Shown in pieces: positions 31,741-44,132 of a DNA stretch of 64,000 bases. The stretch lies in the NCBI GenBank assembly GCA_964035545.1, contig OZ037772.1, positions 2,976,001 to 3,040,000 on the forward strand, given 5' to 3'. The translations under genes and the position numbers were made by a program. The stretch is from Bugula neritina. Its lineage: Eukaryota; Animalia; Bryozoa. Under the pieces are notes generated by a model, which worked only from the letters and a program-made list of their open reading frames with translations, had not been told where the DNA came from and did not search any database. Positions within the stretch are counted from its first letter, which is position 1. Every line of letters starts with the position of its first letter.

Positions 31741-32345
31741 GTTTATTATGGAGCTCATACTTTTATTGTTCAAGGTCTAGATGTATTCTCCACCATGTTT
31801 TTACTAGAAGTAAACTTTAATTTGGTAATAAGTATAAAATAAACTGTTGTTTCGCATTGTACAGTTTACTATTGCCTGAATATTGTATTGAGAATATTGG
31901 CTTAACAATTCCAGTGCAGCGATGTGATTGGCCTGACAGTATCAGAGTAGTGATGTGATTGGCTACTCTGTTCTGTTTTGCAGGGCCATGCCTACTTGTA
32001 TTATGTGTTAATTTTGTTTTGCAGTGAACAGAAAGGGATAATGGGTCCCAAAAGACACCCGGTATCTTACCATGGAGAGGAAGGGTTCACCCGATGTTGA
32101 TGGCCTGCCTGGTATATCCGGCAATCCTGGAGATGCAGGAGAAAGGAGACCACCTTGTTTCTCAGGAGATACCGGACTTTTTGGAGAACCAGGTAATGTT
32201 TATGCTCATTTGAGTTTAATCTGTCAAGTTATGTTGGGATATTTTTCATTTTCGTTATTTTATGTTTGTTACGTGGAAAAAGGAAAAAACTCTGTCTTGG
32301 AGCATTTTTGTTTTTTCAGAGAGCTTTGGATTATTTGATTATGGT

Positions 32346-32630
32346 CTACACAGGGGTGTAGACAAACTAAACTACACAGGGGTGTAGACAGACTAAACTA
32401 CGCAGGGGTGTAGACAGACTAAACTACATAGGGGTGTAGACAGACAAAACTACATAGGGGTGTAGACAGACTAAACTACATAGGGGTGTAGACAGACAAA
32501 ACTACACAGGGGTGTAGACAGACTAAACTACACAGGGGTGTAGACAGACTAAACTAGACAGGGGTGTAGACAAACTAAACTAGACAGGGGTGTAGACAGA
32601 CCAAACTACACAGGGCTGTCGACAGACTAG
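32346..32630. repeat. 26-bp minisatellite (CTACACAGGGGTGTAGACAGACTAAA), ~11 copies
   Basis: Seen directly; each unit contains a CTACAC/GTGTAG inverted repeat. Confidence 0.93.
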
Positions 32631-32974
32631 ACTAACCAGTGGTCTAGATGGACTAAACCTACTACGAACTTACAACTACCCTGCGTCATGACGTCTCTAT
32701 TCTCTCCTATAATTTGACTTTTATTTAGCAAGCAGATTTCTAGTGGGCTATTCTATAGTGGCCAGTCACACTGTTTAATATAGCAACATAGAAATCAAGT
32801 TGAAAACTAGTTGCACCTGTTGTGATGCTATCAATGGGTGCTTACAGGTAGAGATGGAGTACCTGGACCTGTTGAGATAGGATATCAGGGTAAACAAGGA
32901 GATCAAGGTCCTGCAGCTAAGAATGAGGAGTTACTCGCCCTTGCTTGTGTATTTCTATTCTTTTTAGGTATTCT

Positions 32975-33242
32975 ATAATATGCTGGGGTTTCCCTCACAG
33001 CTATTATATATGCTGGAATTCCCCTCACACCTATGATATATGCCGGGGTTTCTCTCACAGCTATGCTATATGCTGGGGTTTCCCTCACAGCTATTATATA
33101 TGCTGGAATTCCCCTCACACCTATGCTATATGCTGGGGTTTCCCTCACAGATATTCTATATGCTGGGGTTTCCCTCACAGATATGCTATATGCTGGGGTT
33201 TCCCTCACAGATATGCTATATGCTGGGGTTCTCCTCACAGCT
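32975..33242. repeat. 30-bp minisatellite (TATGCTATATGCTGGGGTTTCCCTCACAG[C/A]), ~9 copies
   Basis: Seen directly. Confidence 0.93.
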
Positions 33243-36200
33243 AGTCTGCACTAAGGCAGGGAGTAGGCTAAGTAATCATATTGAATCCCAGCAGTGCTTG
33301 TTACTTCAACTGACAGGATTACTATGTATGATAGTTACTCTGACTGGTTTCCATGGATCATTTTTACCATATTGTTTGCCACATGATGCATTGTCTTAGT
33401 AAAAACAAGAAAACAAAGAAATATATCAGAAATGTTGAGAAATGTGGTGTTCCAGAATTAATAAATGACCACTTGTAATGCATACTGGTGCTGCTTGGTT
33501 CATAGGACCTGTCGAACAAGCTGGAGAACCTGGTCTGAATGGCAGAAATGGAAAGACAGGAGAAACTGCATGAACTGGTATGCCTGGTCCAACCGGCTCA
33601 AGGGGGGTCACTGGAGAACCCGGATCTGATGGAAGGTATTTTTTGTGCTTTACTCTACCCTATTCAGCTTCTTGGAACTTTTTATTTGATTTAGTTTTTA
33701 TAATTTGTTGTCAATTTTTTCAGAGACGGTTTACCTGGAGTACTGGGTGCTGATGGTAGACCTGGGGAGCAGGGTGATCAAGGACCTCCTGGCTCCATGG
33801 GTCCAGTGGGAATCCCCGGTAACCAGGGACCTGAAGGTGCTCAAGGAGACAAGGGTGATAAGGCAGGAACATTCTTTATTCAGTTTTCTATTTATTTCAG
33901 TTCTCTGGTTTTCCACTAGTCAATCCTGTAGTTGTTTATTTGTTTTAGTTTTTTTATGTTAATACTAAAGTTGCTTCAGTGACATCACATGATGTAATAT
34001 ATTACATAACAGTACAGTATAATACACCATAAAATAATATGTTATACAATACAATATTGTTACAGAAAATATAATTCACTAATATCTCACAGCTAAGTTG
34101 TGTCTCCTAAATATATTTATTACTATAGGGGCCAGCTGGGCCACAGGGTGCTTCTGGACCAACTGGATTGTATGGGCCAACTGGTCCTCAGGGACCCCAC
34201 GGAGCTTCCGGGAATTCCTGGCGAACAAGGACCTAAAGGTATGAATTAAGTTGAACCAATCTTTGTCCTTAGTTATTAGCCATCAACAGAATCATGACTC
34301 TAAGAGTTATCCTACTTGGTAAGAAGGTAAGGCAATTCCTAAGTCATGATAATATGAATATCATCTGCTGTTGTAGGACCCACTGGTTTCCAGGGACCTC
34401 AGGGATTCCTCGGAGCTCCCGGTATTGATGGTGAAAGGGGAGATGTCGGATCACTTGGTATTGCTGGGCCACCCGGGCTACTGGGTGCTGACGGCAAAGA
34501 AGGAATAACTGGTTCTTCTGGTGCTACGGGACCACCTGGACCTGATGGTGCTAAGGTAAACACTTACACTGCTAACAGGTTATTGTTATTCATCTTGTTG
34601 GTTTAGTGGTAATAAACCAATAGTTTGTATTTCTAGGGTGAGCAAAGAAGAGATGGGGAAATGGGTAGTCCTGGCAGACCTGGACTTCCTGGTGAAGCCC
34701 CAGTATTTGGTTAGTTATTAGCAAAACCAAGTTATTGTTCATTACTTGTATCTTTTTCATTCTCTTCCAACTGTGTATTGGTAATATTTTGGGAATTTCA
34801 TCCATAGCTTGTGATTGAAGCTTTTATTTTATTCTACCATGGGTTATGTTAGGTGCGCCCCCTATGATGATGAGTGCAATGATGTCCAATGGTAAAGGTG
34901 TACAAGCAGATGATGCAGGCGCCAACAATGAGCTCTCTAATATGTACCTCAGTGAGTAATAGTCATGATGTGTTTTGATGTTGCCTGCTTTGTAGCGGAA
35001 AGGCTCTTTTTGAATGCTGTTTTGGAACTCAAATGACAGACTCGTTTCAAATTGTTTATGTTTTTGCAGACAAACAATTTTATAATTTACTGCTAGAAAC
35101 TATTGTAATAAAAATAGAGACAGCTGTTATAATGTGTTTCTCCTCCTAGCATTGATGATTGACATTCTTGTTTGATGAGTCACCTATTTAGTTCGTTTCT
35201 CCAGTTAAATGTTGCTACATTCTGAAATATTATATAATGCTGATTTTCTTGCTGTTAGCTTACATCACTACTTCCACTTTATTTTTCTAGAAACAAAAGT
35301 AAGGGACGGGTCCAAAGACAGCCCTGTTAGAGACTGTAGAGAACTCTTCACTGAAAACCCAGAGTTCAAGAGTGGAACTTATTGGGTGAGAGAAGATGCT
35401 GATATGTTTCTTTTTTTCTCTGCTCAGAAAAAATCCGTATCCAAGTCTTACGACTGAAATTCTGTGAACATGTTTTATATTCTGCAATTACTACTCCTGA
35501 GGTGTCAATATAATGTCATGTGAAGTTTCCACAGATATTTAATGAATTGTTGTTTAGGAAGAAGAGTTTTCCCATGAGTTGCCTGTATTATATAATTCTG
35601 TATATTCAACAGCTGAACAGGTTTTAGTAGTTTCATTTGATATTAGCATTGTGTTAGTGTGAAATAGAGAAGTTGTATTCTCTATTGTTTGTTGTCAGGT
35701 GGATCCAGATGGTGGCTCCATAGCTAATGCTATCCAGGCTTACTGTCGCAAGGAAATGAAGAGCACTTGTATCAATGCCAAGACCTCCGAGTTTGCCACC
35801 AAATCGTACGTCACCCAGCAGCTAGATAATCAGCCATTTGTTGCTAAACACATGGGAACAACAATTGTGAGTGTTTATCTTGCATCAACGATGACTTTCT
35901 CAGTAATACTTGAGAATTTTCAAAAGTTTTATGTTGATAAGTGTAGCTATAGTAACATATTTGTTTACTGTATGGATTGTAGTTTGAGTATCAGGCAGAG
36001 TTTTCCCAACTCAACTTCCTTCGAATTCACTCTGAGAGAGCAAAGCAAACCCTGACTTACAGGTAATAGTCACTGCTAGCAGCTTATCAAATAGTCACTA
36101 GTCGCTAGTCACCAGATATTAGTCCTCTACTCTGTTGCAAGTCACTTGATAATCTGAACAATCACTGGCTTCTTTTTAAGCTGAGCGAGTTGTTGGCATG

Positions 36201-36361
36201 ACTATTCCTTTTGCCGATCGTAGATGTATAAACTCAGTGGCAGTAGAGGACGCATGCGGTAGGAAGAATAAGTCAGTCATTTTATATACAGCTGGTGAAA
36301 AAAGAATACACAGCAACAGATAGCAGGTTCCGATCTTCAGTGCTGCAGGATGATTGCAAGG

Positions 36362-36572
36362 TATGTAAATCTGACCTGTATAGTGTAAATCTGACCTATA
36401 TGGTGTAAATCTGACCTGTATAGTGTAAATCTGACCTATATAGTGTAAATCTGACCTATATAGTGTAAATCTGACCTATATGGTGTAAATCTGACCTATA
36501 TAGTGTAAATTTGACTTATATAGTGTAAATCTGACCTATATAGTGTAAATCTAATCTATATAGTGTAAATTC
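36362..36572. repeat. 20-bp minisatellite (TATAGTGTAAATCTGACCTA), ~10 copies, starting at a splice donor
   Basis: Seen directly after AAG|GTATGTAAATCTGACC at 36360/36361. Confidence 0.93.
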
Positions 36573-37829
36573 TACCTACATATGAACATGATTGTGATAG
36601 TTGCATCTCTTTTTCTATTAAGATGCAATATAGCTTGCCTTTGAAGCTTTTTAACAACTACTTATGAGTTCAACCCAAAAGCCACTTTGATTTCTGCGCG
36701 AGTTTAGAATTTTGAGTTTGCCCTCTGCCATTTTGTAGAATTCCAAATACTATCAGAAGCTCAGACAGTGATTGAGATGACACCAAGACCGCCACCCACT
36801 TGCCTATTATTGACATTGCTGCTGGTGACATCAGGACCACCCACAAAGAGTTTGGGGTTCAGCTTGGAAAAGTCTGCTTTTCATAGACTCATATCTAACA
36901 ACAGTTTTATTTGTCTGATTTGTAAGACTGTCCCTGATTAGATAATTAGTGGCCAATCAGAGAATGCAATCAATGTTTGGTTGGCTGAGACCAGCAGTCT
37001 GATTTTTATATATAACCTAATTGTAAATGAAAGATTTGATTACTCTAAATAAGTTTATCCGAGACTTCCAAGGCAGTGATGGTGATTTTTGTACATATAA
37101 ATTTGAAGAAGTTTACCTATAGGGTTTATACTGTTTTCATTAATTACTCCACCATAACCTTAGATTGTGAGTAGTAATTCTAGAATGAGGTAGGGAGGGT
37201 GTTATGCCCCTCCCTGTGACTATATATTTAGAAACTGTTGTTGATTTAGTAATTCTGTTGGTGCTACATTTTTAAATTCATTTAATCCAACGATTTCTCT
37301 ATTACAAAATATATTTTACCATAAGGTGCTACACAATTTATTTCTCAGCTTGTAGATTTCATCATCAAAATTATTGAAGTAATAAAATTGGTCAAGAATT
37401 TGAAAGAAGCTGCAGCTTTCAGATCTGATTATTTAACCTATTTATCCTGAAATTAAACAATGTTAGTTTAAAATGGAGTGTAACATATATTTTAGTCACT
37501 TAGTTCCAACTGTGTTGACCATATCAACATTTTAAATTTTACTTCAGCTGCTATGAAGTACATTAGTAAATGGCATTAAATTTCACATGTCACATCATCT
37601 TGTAAAAGTTAATTGTAAATAAAAATAAATTTCATGTGTTTTTGAGAAGCTATAGGTTGGTATGTTTGAACAAATGAAACATAATGTTCCTTAATGTCAA
37701 GATTCTGCTTTTACCACAATACCATAAACATTGTGACTCTGTCAGTAGCCAAAAGCAGTGATGAAAAAACTTGTTTACTAACACAACTACTAAATTTTGT
37801 CAATATCAGACACGATTTAAAGATGCTGT

Positions 37830-39470
37830 CCTACGAGAATCTGGAATGAGACTTTGGTAGAGTCAGACTTGGGCTCGCATTTGAAAGATTTGTTACTGAA
37901 AGCAGAAACAATAAATATCAAAATTGTCTAATTTTCGGGTTTCTGGGAAATTTCTTTAGATGTATATCTGAAACTAACAATGTTTTACTAACCTTCATGT
38001 CAGGAGTTCTCTTCATCATTGTTGTACAGACTTTGAATACCATCACGTATCATCTGGAAACACACATTACAATCATTAACTCAAGCACAATCAACATAGA
38101 AGTTTAGCAATTACCAGTGAGCGTTGAAAGAATTTCAACAGATTGAAAACTTTTCCAAATAAATTATAAGTCTACAAACTGTTTTTGATCTAGCAATGAG
38201 CCATTTTATTCGATACATAGTGGTGACTGCTCTAACAGCAGCCCTGAACCTGCGCTTCACTGGGATCTTGGTTGGGGGGTGGGGTCCATTCCTGCCATTG
38301 TTTCTGCCCATCTCAGTGTCTCTGCTACACACTCCTATGTAACAGATGTATGAGTTATATCTATTATACTGTATGCCTTCAGCACATATATGTCATACAT
38401 CCATATTGCACCTTATCACATTGGTAACTGGTATAAAATGTATTACCTTATATGCGTCAAATTGCGTGACTATCAGCTTCTTCTGAAAAGTCAAACTTTG
38501 CACTTTGGCTTCAGCCTTCGTCATTCGAGAATATAACTGAGAAACAACATCCTGTCAATAGGAAGACAGATAACAGCGTGAATTTTTTAAATTTTGGTTT
38601 TCCTGATGTCAAACACAGAAAAGTTTAACTCGTGAAAACACAGCACTAATTAAACAGGGAGAAATATTATATTAATTCAAGGTAACCTTTAGGTTACAAC
38701 TCGTTAGCAAAGTGGGTATCTCGAGGATTTTGTATTGGTGAACTTCAGCCTATAAATGGCTCGTTTTACTCTTTTGCTCACAAAGTTTATCAACAATATA
38801 GAAAAGCTTAACATATTCACTAGAAGAAGATTGTATCTGCTAAAGACTATGTCCAGCTATTATAGATTATAGATTGTATCTGCTAAAGACTATGTCCAGC
38901 TATTATAGATTATAGATTATAGATTGTATCTACAATCACATGGCACACTCACAGTAAACTTGTTAGATTATTACTAAGCAGTGAACTTCAAACTATTAGG
39001 CAGAGTGTTAACAAAGGAAGTCACTTCTAACAACTGCATGTCTGTTGAGAATAGCTCACTGCGGCCAGCTAAAGACTATGTCCAGCTATTATACACACTT
39101 TAGTCACAAATAATTAATTATATTTCAACTGCAACATGCAAGGATTTGGTAACATAGATTAGCCCTGGCGATATGTTTTCTCATCTTGATAATATCCCAT
39201 TGTTGAAAGGCTATCATTCGCTCCTTCTTAGCGACAAGTGCATTAGCAGCTTCCAGTTCAATTTTCAGTTTGCCATTGATGCTCTCCGCATCTGTCATGG
39301 AGTCACTAATCTGCTGCATAGACACCTGCTGCTCGGCTAATTCTTTCTGAACTGTGAACTGCCTCACAGTTGAGGCTTTTCAACTTGTCCTGCAACTGGC
39401 CAACTTCTTCTTGCAGAGTTCCGGAAGTCTGTTTCTCAACCAATAGCTGTGTTCGCAGGTCACAATACAC
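37830..39470 (-). pseudogene. 3' fragment of a PACT-domain coiled-coil gene (pericentrin/AKAP9-like), frameshifted
   Basis: Exon 38536-38447 LYSRMTKAEAKVQSLTFQKKLIVTQFDAYK and exon 38334-38180 ECVAETLRWAETMAG..(frameshift ~38275)..KRRFRAAVRAVTTMYRIKWL resemble the PACT consensus (Y.R..RAE..RK.L.YQK...ECE..TL...MG...RFR.AV..V....R...L). The upstream coiled-coil exon ~39470-39130 has a frameshift near 39370. Confidence 0.65.
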
Positions 39471-40164
39471 AATGTTATATATGTTATATACATGTGTTAT
39501 ATATGTTATATATGTACTTTGCCTCTTTATATTGGAAACTTGGTTTCTTTACTGCATAACCAATTGTGAAACAACGCTGATGTTTCAAACACAGCAAGCT
39601 TAGCGCATTTCAAAATCATTTGAAAAAAATGGGACATTTTCAAATTGATGTACGTTGATTGACTGACTGATTCAGATAAGCTTTGATCTGAACAGACAAC
39701 TCTTAATCTACAGAGAAATTTTAATATTTGTGACACAGAATAATATAAAATAATCCTGCAGCATCTTGTTTCACAGAAATCTTATGGTTTTGTATTTAGG
39801 AATGAGCAAAGTACAAATGGAAGAGTCCAAGCTACTCATTTACTTTGATATAACACATTGAATAAAACACAATAATTCTCATCACAGATTGTAGACTAAT
39901 AATTATGGTTTTCATACAAAATTAATTTGTCAGCAACTTCTTCTAGTTTGAAAAAAGCAATAGATTTTACTAAATTTACTACTAAACTGTTGATCTAAAT
40001 ATGGAATGGAAAATTCAACATCCCGTAGCAAACAAATCATAAAGAAATGCAAATATTTTGCAGGAAAAAATTGCATTTATACTTTCAAAGTTTTCAGTCA
40101 GAAGTTCAATTTGACCCAGCTAAAATTTCACCAAGTTGCATTGCATCTTAAAAGAATAATAAGT

Positions 40165-40290
40165 GTGATCACAACTAAACTAATATGTGTCATCACAACT
40201 AAACTATTATGAGTCACCACAACTAGAATAGTATGAGTCATCACAACTAGAATAGTATGAGTCATCACAACTAGAATAGTATGAGTCATA
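40165..40290. repeat. 24-bp tandem repeat (TATGAGTCATCACAACTAGAATAG), ~5 copies
   Basis: Seen directly, next to a minus-strand donor site. Confidence 0.85.
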
Positions 40291-40862
40291 GACCTACCTG
40301 CCTTTCTGCTTTTCACCAGCCGGGTGTCTCCCAGCATAGAAGAAGTGGTTGATATTGTCAGGGTAGCTGCACGGTTTCTCTCTGCATTTCTTGTATGCTT
40401 CTTCATCAAACGTCTTACATGGACCAAACTCAAACACTTGGCTTACTGTAACACAATATACTAGAACATGCTAGAATATATTATACTAGGGTATGCTATA
40501 CTATACTAAGAACACACTAGAATATACTAAGTAACTGTAAACATTTGGTTTACTGTAACATAATTTAAAAATATATTAGTTGCTGACAGACAGATAGACA
40601 GACAGACAGACATTGCATAGTTTGTTAAGTGTTAAGTGTTAAGCTTCATGCTACTTTACCTGAGCATTCTATGCTATTGAATGTTTATTTTCTGCAATAT
40701 TTCTAGCTGTTATAGCTTTGAGTTTAACATTTCTATGGTGTTTGTGATACAAATTTCATTTGTCAATAAAGGTGTGCATTCTTTGGCTGAAATGTGGTTT
40801 ACTTAGCTAGACTGATGCTAGTGACTTCCAATATTACTATATTTATGATGCTGCTATTCTAG

Positions 40863-42963
40863 TAAACTGAATGGTGAAGACGTGACTAGGGAAAGAGACA
40901 GCACGTCACAAGACCGCTGTATACAGGAGTCCTTGCCGAAGTGACTCCCCTCTCAACTACCGCATAGCATATAAACCCACAAATTAATCTACACCACCAT
41001 CTTCTGTCCTACAATCTCAGTTTAACCAACCAATGGTAAGTCATAACCAACTTCTGTCAGTCACTCATTCAACATGGTGCATTCTGATTGCATCAATTAT
41101 ACATCTGTTGAGTACTACTGCATGCTGTAGAACGGTCCCAACCTGCAAGGAGCGGATGGTGGCGAGGAGTTTCTGATTGACGATTCAGATGAAGATATGT
41201 CCCTGGACCCCCCTGACTCCCTCTGGAGAATACTCAAAGAGCTGTCCAATCATGACGAGAGGTTAGTCTTTCATCAAATAGTTGCTTTCGCCTATCGCTT
41301 TTTAAATAAATAAATGCTGCTGACATAATGAAAAGTTTTAAAATAGTGCAGGCTGACTTATCTAAATGTATACTGTTATATGGTCAGTGTCAAATGTGTA
41401 TGTATAGACATAAAGAAAGAATACAAGCAATGGAAGACCTGATTTGTATGGCTAGAAAAGGTGGTAATGATGCCAGATGGGATGAACATTTTGAGACATT
41501 ACTCTTACTGTTGATTGAGACTCTACGAGACAGAGATGTAAAACAAGTTTATTAAATTAATGAAGTTTTCTCCCGTCATGTTATAAATAGCAATCAGTTA
41601 GTTGTTGTTCTGCTGTTACAACTTAGTTAAGCTGATACATGTTGTATTTAGGAATTGATAAGAACCAGTGCCTTGAAAGCTGATCAAGTGAGAAAAACAC
41701 TGATTTGATAGCTATGCTAAACTCACCATATAAAATATCATACAAGCTCATAAGGATGCCTGCAAGTGGGTGAGAACTTTGTCCTCCAGTAATCCTGCTC
41801 ATTGAAATAAACGTTACAGTACTGGTGATTCATATTAAAATATATTTCTTGTTTTAAGCTTTTAGTACTGTTGCTTGTGATGGTGGGAGAACTGTGTTGA
41901 CTATAAACCTTTAGGTGTACCGAGCAGCTGAGGAGTGTGCTATAACACTGGCCATGTCACTGAAGCCCGAGCACTCTGTCGTAGTACTGGCTAAACTAAC
42001 AGACAGTATTGAGTACCCACTATCTGTAGTCGCTATAAAGACACTCACACATGTTATTGAACAAATGAGTGAAGAATCCTTAATCAAAGTTATTCAACAG
42101 GTGATACTAAGTCTTAATAAAGTATTACGCTATGGCTCTGGTAAGGTTTACTGACTAACATTAGGTCATCTGTTGAGATGTGTCACTAGTTTCCAGGATT
42201 TTATTTCTACTCTGTGTAAAAGATGTTGTAAGTTGATCTTACTAGTGTACACTGTAGTTGTGATCAACTTCTATGGCTTTTACAGGGCTATAAACATGAA
42301 AAGTGCAGGTGCAGGAAAGCTAGTTGCTTTGCTTTGCTTTGGTTGCTCTTTACATGAAAATAGGAGATAATCTCAAGCCATATTTGTCTGTACTAACAAG
42401 CAGCAAGGTAGGCCATCAGTTCTTCACAAAAAACATGTCTGAAACTAAACTATAAAAATCTGCTGAGAATAAGTGTTTGTTCCTTTCACTCTAGTAAACA
42501 GTAAATTTCACGGATGTATATTTTATCCAAACTCGTATGTTTTGAACTGCCCCTAGCACATTTATAACCAAAGAGTTTTGGTAACAACATTTTTATTTTA
42601 GTCATTTTTATATGATAGTTTTCATACTTATAGCTCAATAATTGAATTTACTACTTGTCTAAATAATACATCAGAAAAATGCAAAATAAATGTTATTTTC
42701 AATATTAAATGTAGATTTCACCTCCCACGTTTAACATCACACATTTATAAAGTTGGCTATTAAATGACCAAGTCTTTGGTATGAATAAACTGGACAGTAT
42801 TTGGCTAATGACTATACACTGTACCATCATTATTGACTCTGTGGTTGGCACCACACTTCCCAGACTATTCTATCTTTTGTAGCTGAAACTTCTCAATCTA
42901 TATATTAAGAGAGCAGAAGAAAAGCCTGCAGAGCTTCACCACGACACTATCACAAAGAAATAA
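40863..42963 (+). pseudogene. CLASP: CLASP (CLIP-associating protein) C-terminal fragment, disrupted
   Basis: Exons 41131-41261, 41408-41537, ~41652-41768, 41915-42121, ~42286-42407, 42883-42963 give LKELSNHDER|HKERIQAMEDL..WDEHFETLLLLLIETLRDRD|..AHKDACKW|VYRAAEECAITLA..YPLSVVAIKTLTHVIE..|GY..RKAS..IGDNLKPYL..LTSSK|LKLLNLYIKRA, matching the CLASP CLIP-interacting domain. The third and fifth exons carry a deletion, a stop or frameshifts, and the N-terminal TOG domains are absent from the window. Confidence 0.88.
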
Positions 42964-44049
42964 GTTACTCAGGAATTACTTCCCTATATTCACAAGAATC
43001 AGATGTCAAGAGCCAGCTATGCCTCAGTTGACAACAAGGTAGGAGACGCTAAGGGTGTCATGAAAAATATGAAGAAACGTACCCTCAACATGTAGACATT
43101 GCATCACCAGTCTGAGCTAATGTCAAGGTTAAACTCTGTTTCCTGTTGATGGAATTCCTTCTTGAATATCAGCTGTACCTTTACCTTGCACCTTGTGAAG
43201 ATTTTAATTATATTCTCCTTGTATGATTAGAAAAATAGTTTAGATACAAATGTCACAATTTACTCTTTATTGTTTATGTGCTTTTGAAAATCCTGTTTGG
43301 TAATTTTTTATGTTGCTATGATCAATTGTTCAATAATAATAGATAATGATTACTTCTTCTGAAATTTCTTTGGGATGTTGCATGTTGCCTATTTTAAAGA
43401 AGAAAGTAAAGCATTGTTTATAAATAAACAAAGGAAACAGCTCTGGTCTAGGGTAAACACAATGTCAATGATTTGAATCTCTGGTAAACAATAAGACATT
43501 TTCATAATGACCAGAGAAAGCTCTATTTAGCTGTTATATCACTAAACAATAGTTCTATATACTTCAAGTGATCAATTTCATGATCAAAGTTTAGCATCCA
43601 AAAAAAAGCTATTGATAAGTAGTCTATGAGAACGCAAGGAAATAGATTTGATATGAAGAACACAATCAAAGTGGAAAAACAAAACAAAACGATAATTAGT
43701 AGGGAAATAGCAAACAGCCATTTTGATTGGAGAGAAGGCTGAGAAAACTGCATAACTCTGCTTATAGTTGTCTCCCTAATGTTGAACTGGGGGGAGGGGG
43801 GTGTGGGTGTGGCATGTATACTACCTAGCAGCAGTAAAACTATAATATAAACAAGAAACATTCTCTGTTATAATTATGCCCATCATTGACATCTTCGGTG
43901 CATCTATTGATCCTATTATCAAGTATCAGCGGTTCAATTAGTTTTTTCAACTCTTTATAAAAATTTTAGCTCAGCTAACAGACTGGTTTTAGAAATTACA
44001 CTTTGAAACATTTTTTGTTGTTGTTATTTTGTTCTAAGCATTGTCCTAC

Positions 44050-44056
44050 ATGTATG

Positions 44057-44101
<45 letters not shown>

Positions 44102-44132
44102 GTATATATATATGTGTATATATATATATATA
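44050..44132. repeat. (TA)n microsatellite, interrupted
   Basis: Seen directly. Confidence 0.95.

Larger units (their letters stand above)
30906..36886 (+). pseudogene. Fibrillar collagen alpha-chain pseudogene or fragment (partial Gly-X-Y region plus COLFI C-propeptide)
   Basis: Gly-X-Y exons at ~30906-31068, 32025-32191, 32848-32930, 33507-33634, 33724-33860, 34128-34238, 34377-34554, 34638-34700; COLFI exons DGSKDSPVRDCREL..SGTYW|VDPDGGSIANAIQAYC..|FEYQAEFSQLNFLR..AKQTLTY|RCINSVA..DDCK|..LPIIDIAAGDI..EFGVQLGKVCFS* (TAG 36884-36886). In-frame TGA (~30921, ~33511-33513 exon region), Gly substitutions and frameshifts (e.g. A-run at ~36298-36303, and in the last exon). Confidence 0.88.

Noticed and set aside
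30906-36886. Functional collagen gene
   Set aside because: Multiple in-frame stops, frameshifts and Gly substitutions; called a pseudogene instead.
43523-43861. 112-aa hydrophobic ORF with a signal-peptide-like start
   Set aside because: Starts at a non-ATG codon, is low-complexity and T-rich, and has no splice or domain evidence.
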